Virus record (IMG/VR): IMGVR_UViG_3300031998_000044
Coordinates: 1 to 64,000 of that record
Strand: one strand, 5' to 3'
Origin: a virus
Taxonomy: Duplodnaviria; Caudoviricetes
DNA: 64,000 bases
Below, piece after piece: positions 22,046 to 30,500 of the stretch. The notes beneath the pieces are model-generated. The model was not told where the DNA came from, made no database searches, and saw only the letters and a program-made list of their open reading frames with translations. How positions within the stretch are numbered: position 1 is the stretch's first letter; the number at the start of each line of letters is the position of its first letter. Made by a program: the position numbers and the translations under genes.

Positions 22046-22486
22046 ATGGCACAAGTTAAGACAGTTGAATTGAAGTACGCCAATCCCAAACGTGTAATGA
22101 AAGCCTTCACTGGCGGTAAACCTCAGATGTGCGAAGTCGGCGGATTTGTTGCCGAGACTACTGCAGACGAGCAGTTCTTGAAAGTCGCAAAATACTTGCA
22201 CTCTCGCAACGAGGAAGGCAACGTTCAGGTTAAATACGAATTCGAGGGTCTCGGTCGTGTTATCTGCAAGATGACTGAAAACGCTCGAATTGCCGACCTT
22301 TCTGACGTTGTTTATTTCGTTCAGGAATACGACTTCCAAGGCGAAACACGTGCGCAAATCACGTTTGCTACCATCAGCGACAACTCTGACATCGACAATT
22401 TCGACGAAACCGAATCGACTTCTGACGAGGAAGACGAGGACGAGGGAATCGAAACTCCTGCTCCCACCAAGAAAGGTAAGAAGTAG
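22046..22486 (+). CDS. Hypothetical protein with acidic C-terminal tail, GC-richer codon usage
   Basis: ORF track start 21992; likely ATG 22046 (MAQVKTVELK). Tail DIDNFDETESTSDEEDEDEG; many TTC/TAC/AAC/GAC codons. Confidence 0.7.
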   Translation: MAQVKTVELKYANPKRVMKAFTGGKPQMCEVGGFVAETTADEQFLKVAKYLHSRNEEGNVQVKYEFEGLGRVICKMTENARIADLSDVVYFVQEYDFQGETRAQITFATISDNSDIDNFDETESTSDEEDEDEGIETPAPTKKGKK

Positions 22487-22508
22487 TCGTCGCCTAACTT
22501 AACGCCAT

Positions 22509-22536
22509 TGCACACGGCTTTGTAGTGTGCAGTTTT
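22509..22536 (+). terminator. Terminator-like hairpin
   Basis: TGCACAC/GTGTGCA stem followed by GTTTTT. Confidence 0.55.
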
Positions 22537-22537
22537 T

Positions 22538-22607
22538 AACCGTGCAAAGTTTATCGTGCTACGCTTCGGCGAAACCACGATTGGGAGTGTTGCCCACACG
22601 GTTTTTT
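22538..22607 (+). ncRNA. Candidate structured RNA (three-way junction with C-UUCG-G tetraloop)
   Basis: Nested pairings AACCGTG/CACGGTT, ATCGTG/CACGAT, CGC-TTCG-GCG and GGG/CCC; family not recognised. Confidence 0.4.
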
Positions 22608-22611
22608 ATTA

Positions 22612-22680
22612 TGCCATAGGTTGGTGCTGCATTGGTAATAAGCCTTTGTTCTCGGCAGTTCGATTCTGCATTATGGCACT
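22612..22680 (+). ncRNA. tRNA-like element lacking a recognisable anticodon arm
   Basis: Acceptor-like stem TGCCATA/TATGGCA and T-arm GCAG-TTCGATT-CTGC; interior too short for a canonical tRNA. Confidence 0.35.
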
Positions 22681-22800
22681 CTCGTGATACATCGGTACTG
22701 ACTTTTGCACGTTTTTGTCAGCGTTGATGAGCTTATGAAAAATGTGCAATTAACTTATTCACAGTTAAATAAATTTATAAACACTCTAAATTTAATTACC

Positions 22801-23151
22801 ATGAAAACACTCGTTAAAATTTTGCTCGCAATTGTATTTATCATTGCAATCGTTTTGAACTGTATGTCTGCTTCTTATGCAGCCGAACCAACAGAAAGCG
22901 AACCAATATTCTCTGCATCTTATGCAAACCAAGTTAAGGCAGAGTACAATAACGCACAGTTCTTGGTTGTATTGTCACAGAACGGTCACTATGAGATAGT
23001 CAACGACTTCTTATGGCTAATCGACAACTCTGTTTACGACATCACAATTGAGAACTGGAACAAATTCCAACGCCGCTACACCAAGTTCTTACAAGCCAAA
23101 CGTGCTTTAAAACAAGGCTGGAACGTTGAGTTCGACGACTTCCTTAACTAA
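22801..23151 (+). CDS. Secreted/membrane protein with signal peptide; paralog of 30189..30500
   Basis: MKTLVKILLAIVFIIAIVLNCMSASYA signal-like N-terminus; shared AQFL...L..ID.S.Y...NV.FD pattern. Confidence 0.6.
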   Translation: MKTLVKILLAIVFIIAIVLNCMSASYAAEPTESEPIFSASYANQVKAEYNNAQFLVVLSQNGHYEIVNDFLWLIDNSVYDITIENWNKFQRRYTKFLQAKRALKQGWNVEFDDFLN

Positions 23152-23196
23152 ATGCACACTGACGGTAGAGTTATGCTTTGCCGTTAGAGTGTTTTT

Positions 23197-23232
23197 GCCG
23201 CTCCGTACATCATCATTACGGGGCGGTTTTTT
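23197..23232 (+). terminator. Rho-independent terminator
   Basis: GCCGCTCCGTA/TACGGGGCGG stem plus T run. Confidence 0.6.
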
Positions 23233-23259
23233 ATTGTCTAACAATTAATTCATACAACT

Positions 23260-23382
23260 ATGATAGTATCAACAAACAGAGTAGTCAACGGCAAAGTGCA
23301 GTACTACTACATCGTCAACGGTCAATTAGTTACCGTAGGCTCGCTCGATGAAATCAAACAATACATCGAATCAAACGACTAA
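23260..23382 (+). CDS. Small hypothetical protein (40 aa)
   Basis: MIVSTNRVVNGKVQYYYIVNGQLVTVGSLDEIKQYIESND; below the ORF-track cutoff, A-rich start context. Confidence 0.45.
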   Translation: MIVSTNRVVNGKVQYYYIVNGQLVTVGSLDEIKQYIESND

Positions 23383-24060
23383 CCAACAAACAGCATAATA
23401 CCGCCGAGTTCCCACTTGACGGTATTTTTTCGCAGTAAATTTCAGTAGTTTAGTGCGTTCCGTGAACCCTAACAAACCTTTACCTCTTTGCAGATAGCAA
23501 CATTCGTAGTTTAGAATATCTGTATTCCTACGGTTGTATAGAATATCTGCGCTGCTTACTGCAAATTTGCCAACTACGGTTCGTAATGACATTCGCTGTA
23601 TTTGCCCCGAAATTTGCCATTTAAGACAGTTTATTCCAAAAGTGGTACAAGTTATCCACTCAATATGAAATAATGTCTTAAATCAAACAAAATAAAAGCA
23701 AGTGCAAAATGTCATTTTCCAAAACACAAATTTATTTTTTGGGTGATTTTATTTTGGTTATTCGCAATTTGCTGATTTGCAGATTATTAATTGCAGCAAA
23801 TCCGAAATATGCATATCAGGAAATCTATTCTACAACCCTTGTAACTCACTGATTATCAACGACTTAACCCAAAAACGTCCAATTTTAAGTAAACAGATAG
23901 CAAAAACCTATCCACAACACATTGTAGACGTGATTAACGGTTAAAAACTCACACTAAAATTGGATAAAAGGTAAAGCAAAACAGACAATAAACTTGAAAG
24001 AAAGTGTAAATTATACACAAAGCCTTTTAAAGTTGAAAAGATAAAAACAGATTAATTCGG

Positions 24061-24480
24061 TTTATAAGCGATGAAGATAAAACTAGATTTTTAGACAATT
24101 CGCAGTTTCAAAAAAAAAAAAAAATAAAAACCGAAATTTGTTAAAGAAACAAAAAGAAAGAAGAAAAACAGAAAAAGAAAAGAAAGAAAAAGAAGCAAAA
24201 AGAAAAAAATAAAAAGATAAAAAGAATAAATAAAAATAAAGAAAGATAAATAATAAATATAATAAATAAATAATAATAATAAAACTGATTATATAATAAC
24301 TATAAATAATATAAAATATTTAAAATAAATAATATATAATAAATAAATTATAGTATAATTATAAATATAAATAATATAATTAAATATAATATATATAGTT
24401 TGGTAAAAAATAAATTAATTCTTAAAAACCAAATTATTTTTGTTAAAAATTGTTAAAATATTTAATAATTATACTATATG
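24061..24480. repeat. Low-complexity A/purine-rich then AT-rich tract (candidate origin/unwinding element)
   Basis: A11 run, (GAAA/AAAG)n and (AAT)n blocks almost free of C; non-coding, directly upstream of the replication operon. Confidence 0.5.
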
Positions 24481-24566
24481 TAATTCTAACTTACAAAATA
24501 ATTAAGTAGTAAATCATAATTAACAAAATATAATTTAATTTACAACGAATTTAAATCAATAAAAAG

Positions 24567-25028
24567 ATGCAAAACGAATTAACAAAAGTTGAAGTGAAAG
24601 AACTGCAAAGAGAGTTAAGTAGTCAGATAGACGAAATAATCAGAGCAGTAAAAGATGGAGAGGTCAACGCCATCGAAGTAAAAGCCAAAAGTAACATCAT
24701 TAAGAAAGAACTTGAAAGAATCGATAATGCTATTGAAGAAGAAGTTAATAGCGAGATTGACAAGTATGGCGATAAATTCGAGTTTAAGGGACTTGAAATA
24801 TCGAGGACGTATGCTAAGACATACGATTATAATTCAATTCCTGAAATAGCGAATTTAAGCCTGAAAATAGCAGATTTGAAGAAAGAGCAAGACGAACTTA
24901 AAAAGAAATACAAAGGCACAACTTACAAAACGACAATAGTTGACCAAGAAACAGGTGAGGTAATCAAAGAAGAAGAAAGAACATTGCCTTATACAACAAC
25001 AACAAGAATTACAATCAAAGTTAAATAA
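24567..25028 (+). CDS. Hypothetical coiled-coil protein of the recombination module
   Basis: 153 aa, first gene of the rightward early/replication operon. Confidence 0.55.
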   Translation: MQNELTKVEVKELQRELSSQIDEIIRAVKDGEVNAIEVKAKSNIIKKELERIDNAIEEEVNSEIDKYGDKFEFKGLEISRTYAKTYDYNSIPEIANLSLKIADLKKEQDELKKKYKGTTYKTTIVDQETGEVIKEEERTLPYTTTTRITIKVK

Positions 25029-25189
25029 TATGAAAGCAATAAACATCATAATCGGAATATGTTTAATCATAGTAGGAAGCATATTGCTATATGACGATAA
25101 ACCTGCGACATGGGGAAATCTCGCTTATATGGCAATCATGATTTATGGAGCAATGATTATTATTAACCCAATTTTAAAAAAACACGTGT

Positions 25190-25402
25190 ATGGAACAGAA
25201 GAAAAAAAAGACACTAAGATTATTCCTGGCGAATAAAGGAAGAAAGTTTACAGCTTGTAACATCAATCGTCTTATTGACACAGGAGATGCAAGAAAGATT
25301 ATATCGGACCTTAGAAAAGCAGGACATCCGATTAAAGACGAAATATGCAATAAGAAGAACGGCACAAAGTACTATTATTACGAACAAGAAAAAGAATATT
25401 AA
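25190..25402 (+). CDS. Small winged-HTH DNA-binding protein
   Basis: FTACNINRLIDTGDARKIISDLRKAGHPIKD...GTKYYY resembles phage wHTH proteins. Confidence 0.5.
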   Translation: MEQKKKKTLRLFLANKGRKFTACNINRLIDTGDARKIISDLRKAGHPIKDEICNKKNGTKYYYYEQEKEY

Positions 25403-25404
25403 GA

Positions 25405-26391
25405 ATGGCAACAGAAGCATTAGCAAAGAAAGAAAAATCGCAGTTTGAAATTACAATTACAGACAAAAGTATGAATGCATACCTTCAATCTGTAATAGGT
25501 AATAAAACACAAGAATTTATATCAAATATCATTGCATTGGTAAATAATAACCAAGGATTAGCGAATATCCCACCACAGGAGATTATCAATGCAGGTTTAC
25601 AGGCAACAGCGATAGGATTACCGTTAGAAAAATCATTAGGGAACGCATACGTAATACCGTATAAAGGTCACGCACAATTCCAAGTAGGAAAAGACGGATA
25701 TATTCAGTTAGGTTTAAGAACAGAAAAGTACAAGACAATCAATTGTTGTAGCATTATGTCAATTGATGAGTTGAAAAACAAAAACTATCTGTATGGAGAA
25801 CCATATGAAATATTCAGAGTAAAACAAGAACGTAAGCAGAAAAACCTAAAAGAAATAATCGGATATTGTGCTATTATTGTAACAACATGGGGATTTGAAA
25901 AATCATTATTCGTAACAACAGAAGAAATGAAAGCATTTTGCCAAAGATATTCTGAATCATACAAAAATGATAAATATGGAAAATCTTTGTGGAATACTGA
26001 TTTTAATGTAATGGCAGAAAAAACCGTATTGAAAAACTTATTAAAGCATTACGGCATCAAATCTCCTGCAATGAATATGGCAATCATTTCAGACCAAGCA
26101 GTAATCACAAACTACGACACTCAAACATTTGACTACATCGATAATCCTGCAAGTAATATTGAAGAAACAACAGCAGAAGTAATAAATGAACCTGTAAAAG
26201 AAAGCCCAAAAGAAGTAAAACAATTAACGCCGCAGCAAGAGGAATATAAAACTATGTATTTAAGTGGCGTATTCAATGACACAGAGAAAAAGAGATACAA
26301 TATATTATGGGCAGAAAATCAAGAAAAATGCTTGTCAGAAATGAGAGAAGCATACAATATGAAAACATCTCCTGAAAACGTCAGTAATTAA
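25405..26391 (+). CDS. recT: RecT/Bet-family single-strand annealing protein
   Basis: GLPLEKSLGNAYVIPYKGHAQFQVGKDGYIQLGLRT...W.TDFNVMAEKTVLKNLLKHYG are characteristic RecT motifs. Confidence 0.85.
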   Translation: MATEALAKKEKSQFEITITDKSMNAYLQSVIGNKTQEFISNIIALVNNNQGLANIPPQEIINAGLQATAIGLPLEKSLGNAYVIPYKGHAQFQVGKDGYIQLGLRTEKYKTINCCSIMSIDELKNKNYLYGEPYEIFRVKQERKQKNLKEIIGYCAIIVTTWGFEKSLFVTTEEMKAFCQRYSESYKNDKYGKSLWNTDFNVMAEKTVLKNLLKHYGIKSPAMNMAIISDQAVITNYDTQTFDYIDNPASNIEETTAEVINEPVKESPKEVKQLTPQQEEYKTMYLSGVFNDTEKKRYNILWAENQEKCLSEMREAYNMKTSPENVSN

Positions 26392-26626
26392 AAGATTTCA
26401 AAAACCGACAATACAAGAAATAGAAGAATATATAAAAGAAAAACAAGCAAATATTAATGCAGAAGAGTTCTTTTATCATTATGAATCTGTTGATTGGAAG
26501 ATAGGGAAGAACAAAATGAAAAATTGGCGTATGGCTGTAAATACATGGATAACAAGAAATAAAACGAATACAGTCACAACGAAAGTTAACAACGACAAAA
26601 TAAACTTCAAAAAAGTAAAGTACTAA
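26363..26626 (+). CDS. Replication-initiator C-terminal-like domain, ORF without ATG start
   Basis: KRFQKPTIQEIEEYIKEK...NAEEFFYHYESVDWKIGKNKMKNWRMAVNTW. Open from 26363 (after TGA at 26360) to TAA 26626, which overlaps the next ATG; frame +1 relative to recT. Confidence 0.55.
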   Translation, partial: KHLLKTSVIKRFQKPTIQEIEEYIKEKQANINAEEFFYHYESVDWKIGKNKMKNWRMAVNTWITRNKTNTVTTKVNNDKINFKKVKY

Positions 26627-27174
26627 TGAATGCAGAAGAAATACAAAAAATATTAAAAAGCGAACATACGAAACAAATATTAGTAGGATATTATGATGAT
26701 TTCCCAGGGATAAATGACCAAACATTAAGAGAAATGTTATATAATTTATTTATGAAAATGTCGTATGACTACAATATGGAAATAAGACACGAATGGAGCG
26801 AAATATTAAATAGAACAATTTTTATTAAAAAATGGACGAATAATATTGAGTGTTATATATCAGTAGGAGTAAAAGCAAAGCATCCAAAAGTTGGAGAATT
26901 AGATGTTGTAGAAACAATCAGTATAAAAGAAAGAGATGGTAAAATATATGTAGATAATATTTACAAAGGACAAAGATATGATAACGGAGTATCATTTGGA
27001 ATAAAATGGATTGATAATGTTGAAGAAATATTGAAAGAAAACGGAGAAAAAATTAAGAAAATTCTGATAGATAATGATTTAAGAATAGAAGAAGACGAAA
27101 TTGGACATTTTATTGTATTAAACGGAACTAACAAAATCTACAGAATCGATGGAAAAGAAATACAGAAAAGTTAA
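26626..27174 (+). CDS. Hypothetical protein (182 aa)
   Basis: Coupled ORF in the replication operon. Confidence 0.55.
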   Translation: MNAEEIQKILKSEHTKQILVGYYDDFPGINDQTLREMLYNLFMKMSYDYNMEIRHEWSEILNRTIFIKKWTNNIECYISVGVKAKHPKVGELDVVETISIKERDGKIYVDNIYKGQRYDNGVSFGIKWIDNVEEILKENGEKIKKILIDNDLRIEEDEIGHFIVLNGTNKIYRIDGKEIQKS

Positions 27175-27796
27175 TTATTATTACAACTCAGAAATCCTCG
27201 ATAAGTTCAAAGCTATCGGGGATAAACTGATAGGAGAGTTTGTTATAGACAAGTACAACAAATTTGTGATTGAGAATATTATTCGTTATTATTTCGGAGA
27301 AGAATTTTTATGTAATATTATTGATAGCAAAGAAAAGAAAGAAGGAAAATTGAATAAAGGACTGTTTATCGCAGGAGAGTGCGGAACAGGCAAAACTACT
27401 TTGATGAGAATCTTTAAGAAGTTTTGTAAAGAATATAATCAAATATTTTATATTAACGACAAGCCTGTGTATCCTAACTGGGTAAGTTACAACGCACAGG
27501 AACTCTGTAATATCTATCGAAATGGCGGAAATATTGAATCCCTGTACAACGCTCCGATAATCTCCATAGATGATTTCGGTACTGAACCTGAAAGTTCACA
27601 ATACATGGGAAACAAGATTGACGTATTAAGGGAGATATTAGAAGTGAGGTCTGACAAGAACGTTATTACGTTCATAACATCAAATCTAACTCCCGATGAT
27701 TGTATTACAGAAAGAAAGTATGGAGAACGATTAGTAAGCAGATTAAAAGAGTATAATTATTTCGCATTAAGAGGAGACGATAGGCGAGAATCATAA
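27149..27796 (+). CDS. DnaC/IstB-like AAA+ ATPase (helicase loader)
   Basis: Walker A GECGTGKT, Walker B ISIDDFGTE, TFITSNL, YGERLVSRL. Confidence 0.8.
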   Translation: MEKKYRKVNYYYNSEILDKFKAIGDKLIGEFVIDKYNKFVIENIIRYYFGEEFLCNIIDSKEKKEGKLNKGLFIAGECGTGKTTLMRIFKKFCKEYNQIFYINDKPVYPNWVSYNAQELCNIYRNGGNIESLYNAPIISIDDFGTEPESSQYMGNKIDVLREILEVRSDKNVITFITSNLTPDDCITERKYGERLVSRLKEYNYFALRGDDRRES

Positions 27797-27903
27797 ATAT
27801 TTAGTATAATTTTTTAAACAACTCTCTATTTTTTACGGATGCGGTCTGATGTGAATCACACCGCATTTTTTAAAATTAAAACAAAGTAAAAATAATAAAC
27901 TAT

Positions 27904-28611
27904 ATGAAAAACAACAAAAAAAGTCCGATGACCTCATTTGAGGAGTTGGCACAAAACTACGAAGGTTTTGATTATCAAGATGCTCTTAAAAGAAAAGAAC
28001 TCGAAGATTATAAAAGGTCTTACAAAGACAAAGAAGAGTACGAAACTTTTAAAGCAAAAATAAAGAGAATTGATGAAGCAAGAAGAGAGTATTATAAGTG
28101 GAAAAACAGAAGTCAATATATTGAAAACATTTCAAACATTTACGAACTCAGGCTCAAAATAAAAGAAATATTTAAGAAATATGCAGATAAAAAATATAAA
28201 TTATCTAAAAGAGAAGAACAAGAGTTCGATTGTACTTGCTTTTTCAATAGCATAGAACGACCCAAAAATTTCCTCGACATTAAAAACGAAGTAAAAGTAG
28301 GATTGATTGCAGCAGAACAAGAACTCAAGGAAGAAATTGAAAAAGCAAATATTAGAGAATATTCAGCAGCAATCAGAATCTTCAAGAAACTTAATAAAGC
28401 AAACATAGATGATGAAATTCAAAGCATTTCGAGTTATGCACGTGCAGCAAGTACAAAAGAAGAATACAAATATGCTAAAATAGCAGCACGACTTGAAATT
28501 GCCTTTGAAAACTACGCATTTAAGCACGTAGTAAGTGAAAACTACGAAAATCGGATTAATTGGCTGAATTACAATCAGCACAAGTACGAAAAAGAAATTA
28601 AATACATTTAA
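27904..28611 (+). CDS. Hypothetical helical protein (235 aa)
   Basis: Clean ORF; its 3' end forms the first copy of a 126-bp repeat. Confidence 0.55.
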   Translation: MKNNKKSPMTSFEELAQNYEGFDYQDALKRKELEDYKRSYKDKEEYETFKAKIKRIDEARREYYKWKNRSQYIENISNIYELRLKIKEIFKKYADKKYKLSKREEQEFDCTCFFNSIERPKNFLDIKNEVKVGLIAAEQELKEEIEKANIREYSAAIRIFKKLNKANIDDEIQSISSYARAASTKEEYKYAKIAARLEIAFENYAFKHVVSENYENRINWLNYNQHKYEKEIKYI

Positions 28612-29104
28612 ACAATAAACAAAATAATATGGCTTGGAGTAGTGCAGATTTTAATTTTGATGGCTATATTTATGTTTATAAGACTAAGGAAAGCACTAAA
28701 TCATTTTACCAATGCGAGTGCTTAGGAGATTTAGCCTACAAAATAACTTACGAAATATACCAGAAAACAAAAAAGTACAATAATGTGGATAAAACTAAAT
28801 TTCTTCCACAAGAAGAAAAAGTACTAGAACAATACGCCAATTGTATTTGCAGAGGGAAAGGAACAAAGGGAAAAACTGTAAAAGAGTTATGCCCAGAGTT
28901 ATTTACCAAAGAAGACTATCTAAAATGTGTAGCAATGTACAAAAGAAAGTATTGGTAAAAAGGTCATCCCCTCAGACCTGAAATTGCCTTTGAAAACTAC
29001 ACATTTAAGCACGTAGTAAGTGAAAACTACGAAAATCGGATTAATTGGCTGAATTACAATCAGCACAAGTACGAAAAAGAAATTAAATACATTTAAACAA
29101 TAAA
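28494..29104 (+). repeat. 126-bp direct repeat (28494-28619 and 28979-29104) flanking ORF 28629..28958
   Basis: Copies read identical except one substitution (ctacgcattt vs ctacacattt). Confidence 0.9.
28629..28958 (+). CDS. Hypothetical protein (109 aa) between direct repeats
   Basis: Clean ORF from the track. Confidence 0.55.
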   Translation: MAWSSADFNFDGYIYVYKTKESTKSFYQCECLGDLAYKITYEIYQKTKKYNNVDKTKFLPQEEKVLEQYANCICRGKGTKGKTVKELCPELFTKEDYLKCVAMYKRKYW

Positions 29105-29113
29105 AACAATAAT

Positions 29114-30085
29114 ATGGAAGAAAATAAAATTATGAGTACAACAGAACTCGATTGGACATCAAACAAAGTAAACGTCCTAAATATGGAAATGCTTCGTCAG
29201 ACACGTCATCCGAAAAATGGCGCAGGAGAGCCATTAGGCGGAATATATCACACTGATTTCATCGACGCAGTGCTTGAAAGAGCAAACAATCACGGTCTTA
29301 ATATCGGTATTTGGGAAATTTTTGCAGCAGAAAGCGGAAACAGAAATCTACCAGGAGTAATCAGAGATGATGATTTGGAAAAAATATACGGCATAAACAA
29401 CATTAAGGCACAACAACTGAACCGAATATACGTAAATGCACGTATTACCAACTACGATGATGACAATTATACGACTAACATTGCAATCGCATATCACCAA
29501 AAAGGCATTCAGGTTGCAGTTGGCTCAAACGTCAAGATTTGCCACAACCAAATGGTATTAGGCACAAAGGACTTCTATACAGCGACATACTCCGACCGTG
29601 GAACAGGAAAGGTATCACGTAAGGATAGTCCTGACCCAAGAAAAGTAATCGACTTAGTAGACGGTTATTTCGATAAAATCGGTGACAGAGTGTACGAGCA
29701 ACGCAAACTTATCGAGAAAATGAAAGAAGTAGAATTGACAACAGAGCAAATCTATATTTTCATCGGAATGTTGCAGTGTATGCGTGTTGCTATTGACACA
29801 AAGCAAGAAAGAATCCGTCAACAGGGCGTATATCCTTTGGGTAACGGAGAAATCAATAAGTTTACAGAAGAAATTATGCTTCGTAAATACGACAATAAGG
29901 TAGTTACATTGTGGGATATGTATGATGCAAGTACTAATCTCTACAAGGCTAAATCAATGGAAATCCCGAATATTTTGCCGCAAAGTTACGCAATGGCAGA
30001 ATTCATCGAGAATTGGGAAATAAAACCTGATACGAAATCGTATATCATCGAAGCACCAAGACCGTTGCAAATCGAAACATTGTAG
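29114..30085 (+). CDS. DUF932-like phage protein
   Basis: TTNIAIAYHQKGIQVAVGSNVKICHNQ and TLWDMYDASTNLYK resemble the DUF932-type family of Bacteroidetes mobile elements; recalled, not searched. Confidence 0.5.
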   Translation: MEENKIMSTTELDWTSNKVNVLNMEMLRQTRHPKNGAGEPLGGIYHTDFIDAVLERANNHGLNIGIWEIFAAESGNRNLPGVIRDDDLEKIYGINNIKAQQLNRIYVNARITNYDDDNYTTNIAIAYHQKGIQVAVGSNVKICHNQMVLGTKDFYTATYSDRGTGKVSRKDSPDPRKVIDLVDGYFDKIGDRVYEQRKLIEKMKEVELTTEQIYIFIGMLQCMRVAIDTKQERIRQQGVYPLGNGEINKFTEEIMLRKYDNKVVTLWDMYDASTNLYKAKSMEIPNILPQSYAMAEFIENWEIKPDTKSYIIEAPRPLQIETL

Positions 30086-30126
30086 TTGTTTATTTATAGT
30101 TTGTTAATTAATTAAATTAATTGTTA

Positions 30127-30159
30127 GGGAACGTAGTATTCGTACTGCGTTCCTTTTTT
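30127..30159 (+). terminator. Terminator with TTCG loop
   Basis: GGAACGTAGTA-TTCG-TACTGCGTTCC followed by T run. Confidence 0.75.
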
Positions 30160-30188
30160 ATTGTCAAACCATTTAAAATTTTACTATT

Positions 30189-30500
30189 ATGAGAAACTTA
30201 GTTAAAACATTGCTACTTGCAATAATCATTATCAGCACAAACGTTGCATCTGCAACAAATCCTGTTACTCCTACAGAAGAACAAAAGGAGTTCAACAAAG
30301 CACAGTTCCTAATCTTCTTAGACGAGGAAAACGCCAAATACATAGACGAATACCTCTTTATCATCGACCATTCTTGGTACGAAGTATCAGAGGATTCATT
30401 TTACGCATTCTGCGAGAATTACTGTATTTGTAAACAAGCAATCGACGAATATAACGCAGGTAACAAAAACGTAGACTTTGACTGCGTATTTGACTACTAA
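30189..30500 (+). CDS. Secreted protein with signal peptide; paralog of 22801..23151
   Basis: MRNLVKTLLLAIIIISTNVASA; shared C-terminal pattern. Confidence 0.6.
   Translation: MRNLVKTLLLAIIIISTNVASATNPVTPTEEQKEFNKAQFLIFLDEENAKYIDEYLFIIDHSWYEVSEDSFYAFCENYCICKQAIDEYNAGNKNVDFDCVFDY

Noticed and set aside
22553-22581. Hammerhead ribozyme (stem followed by GAAAC)
   Set aside because: The CUGANGA core is absent.
21217-23687. Imperfect inverted similarity (TGTCTTAAA(A)TCAAA and TACAAGTT) on both sides of the early island as invertible-segment ends
   Set aside because: Short, gapped and AT-rich with unequal spacing; no invertase nearby; could be chance.
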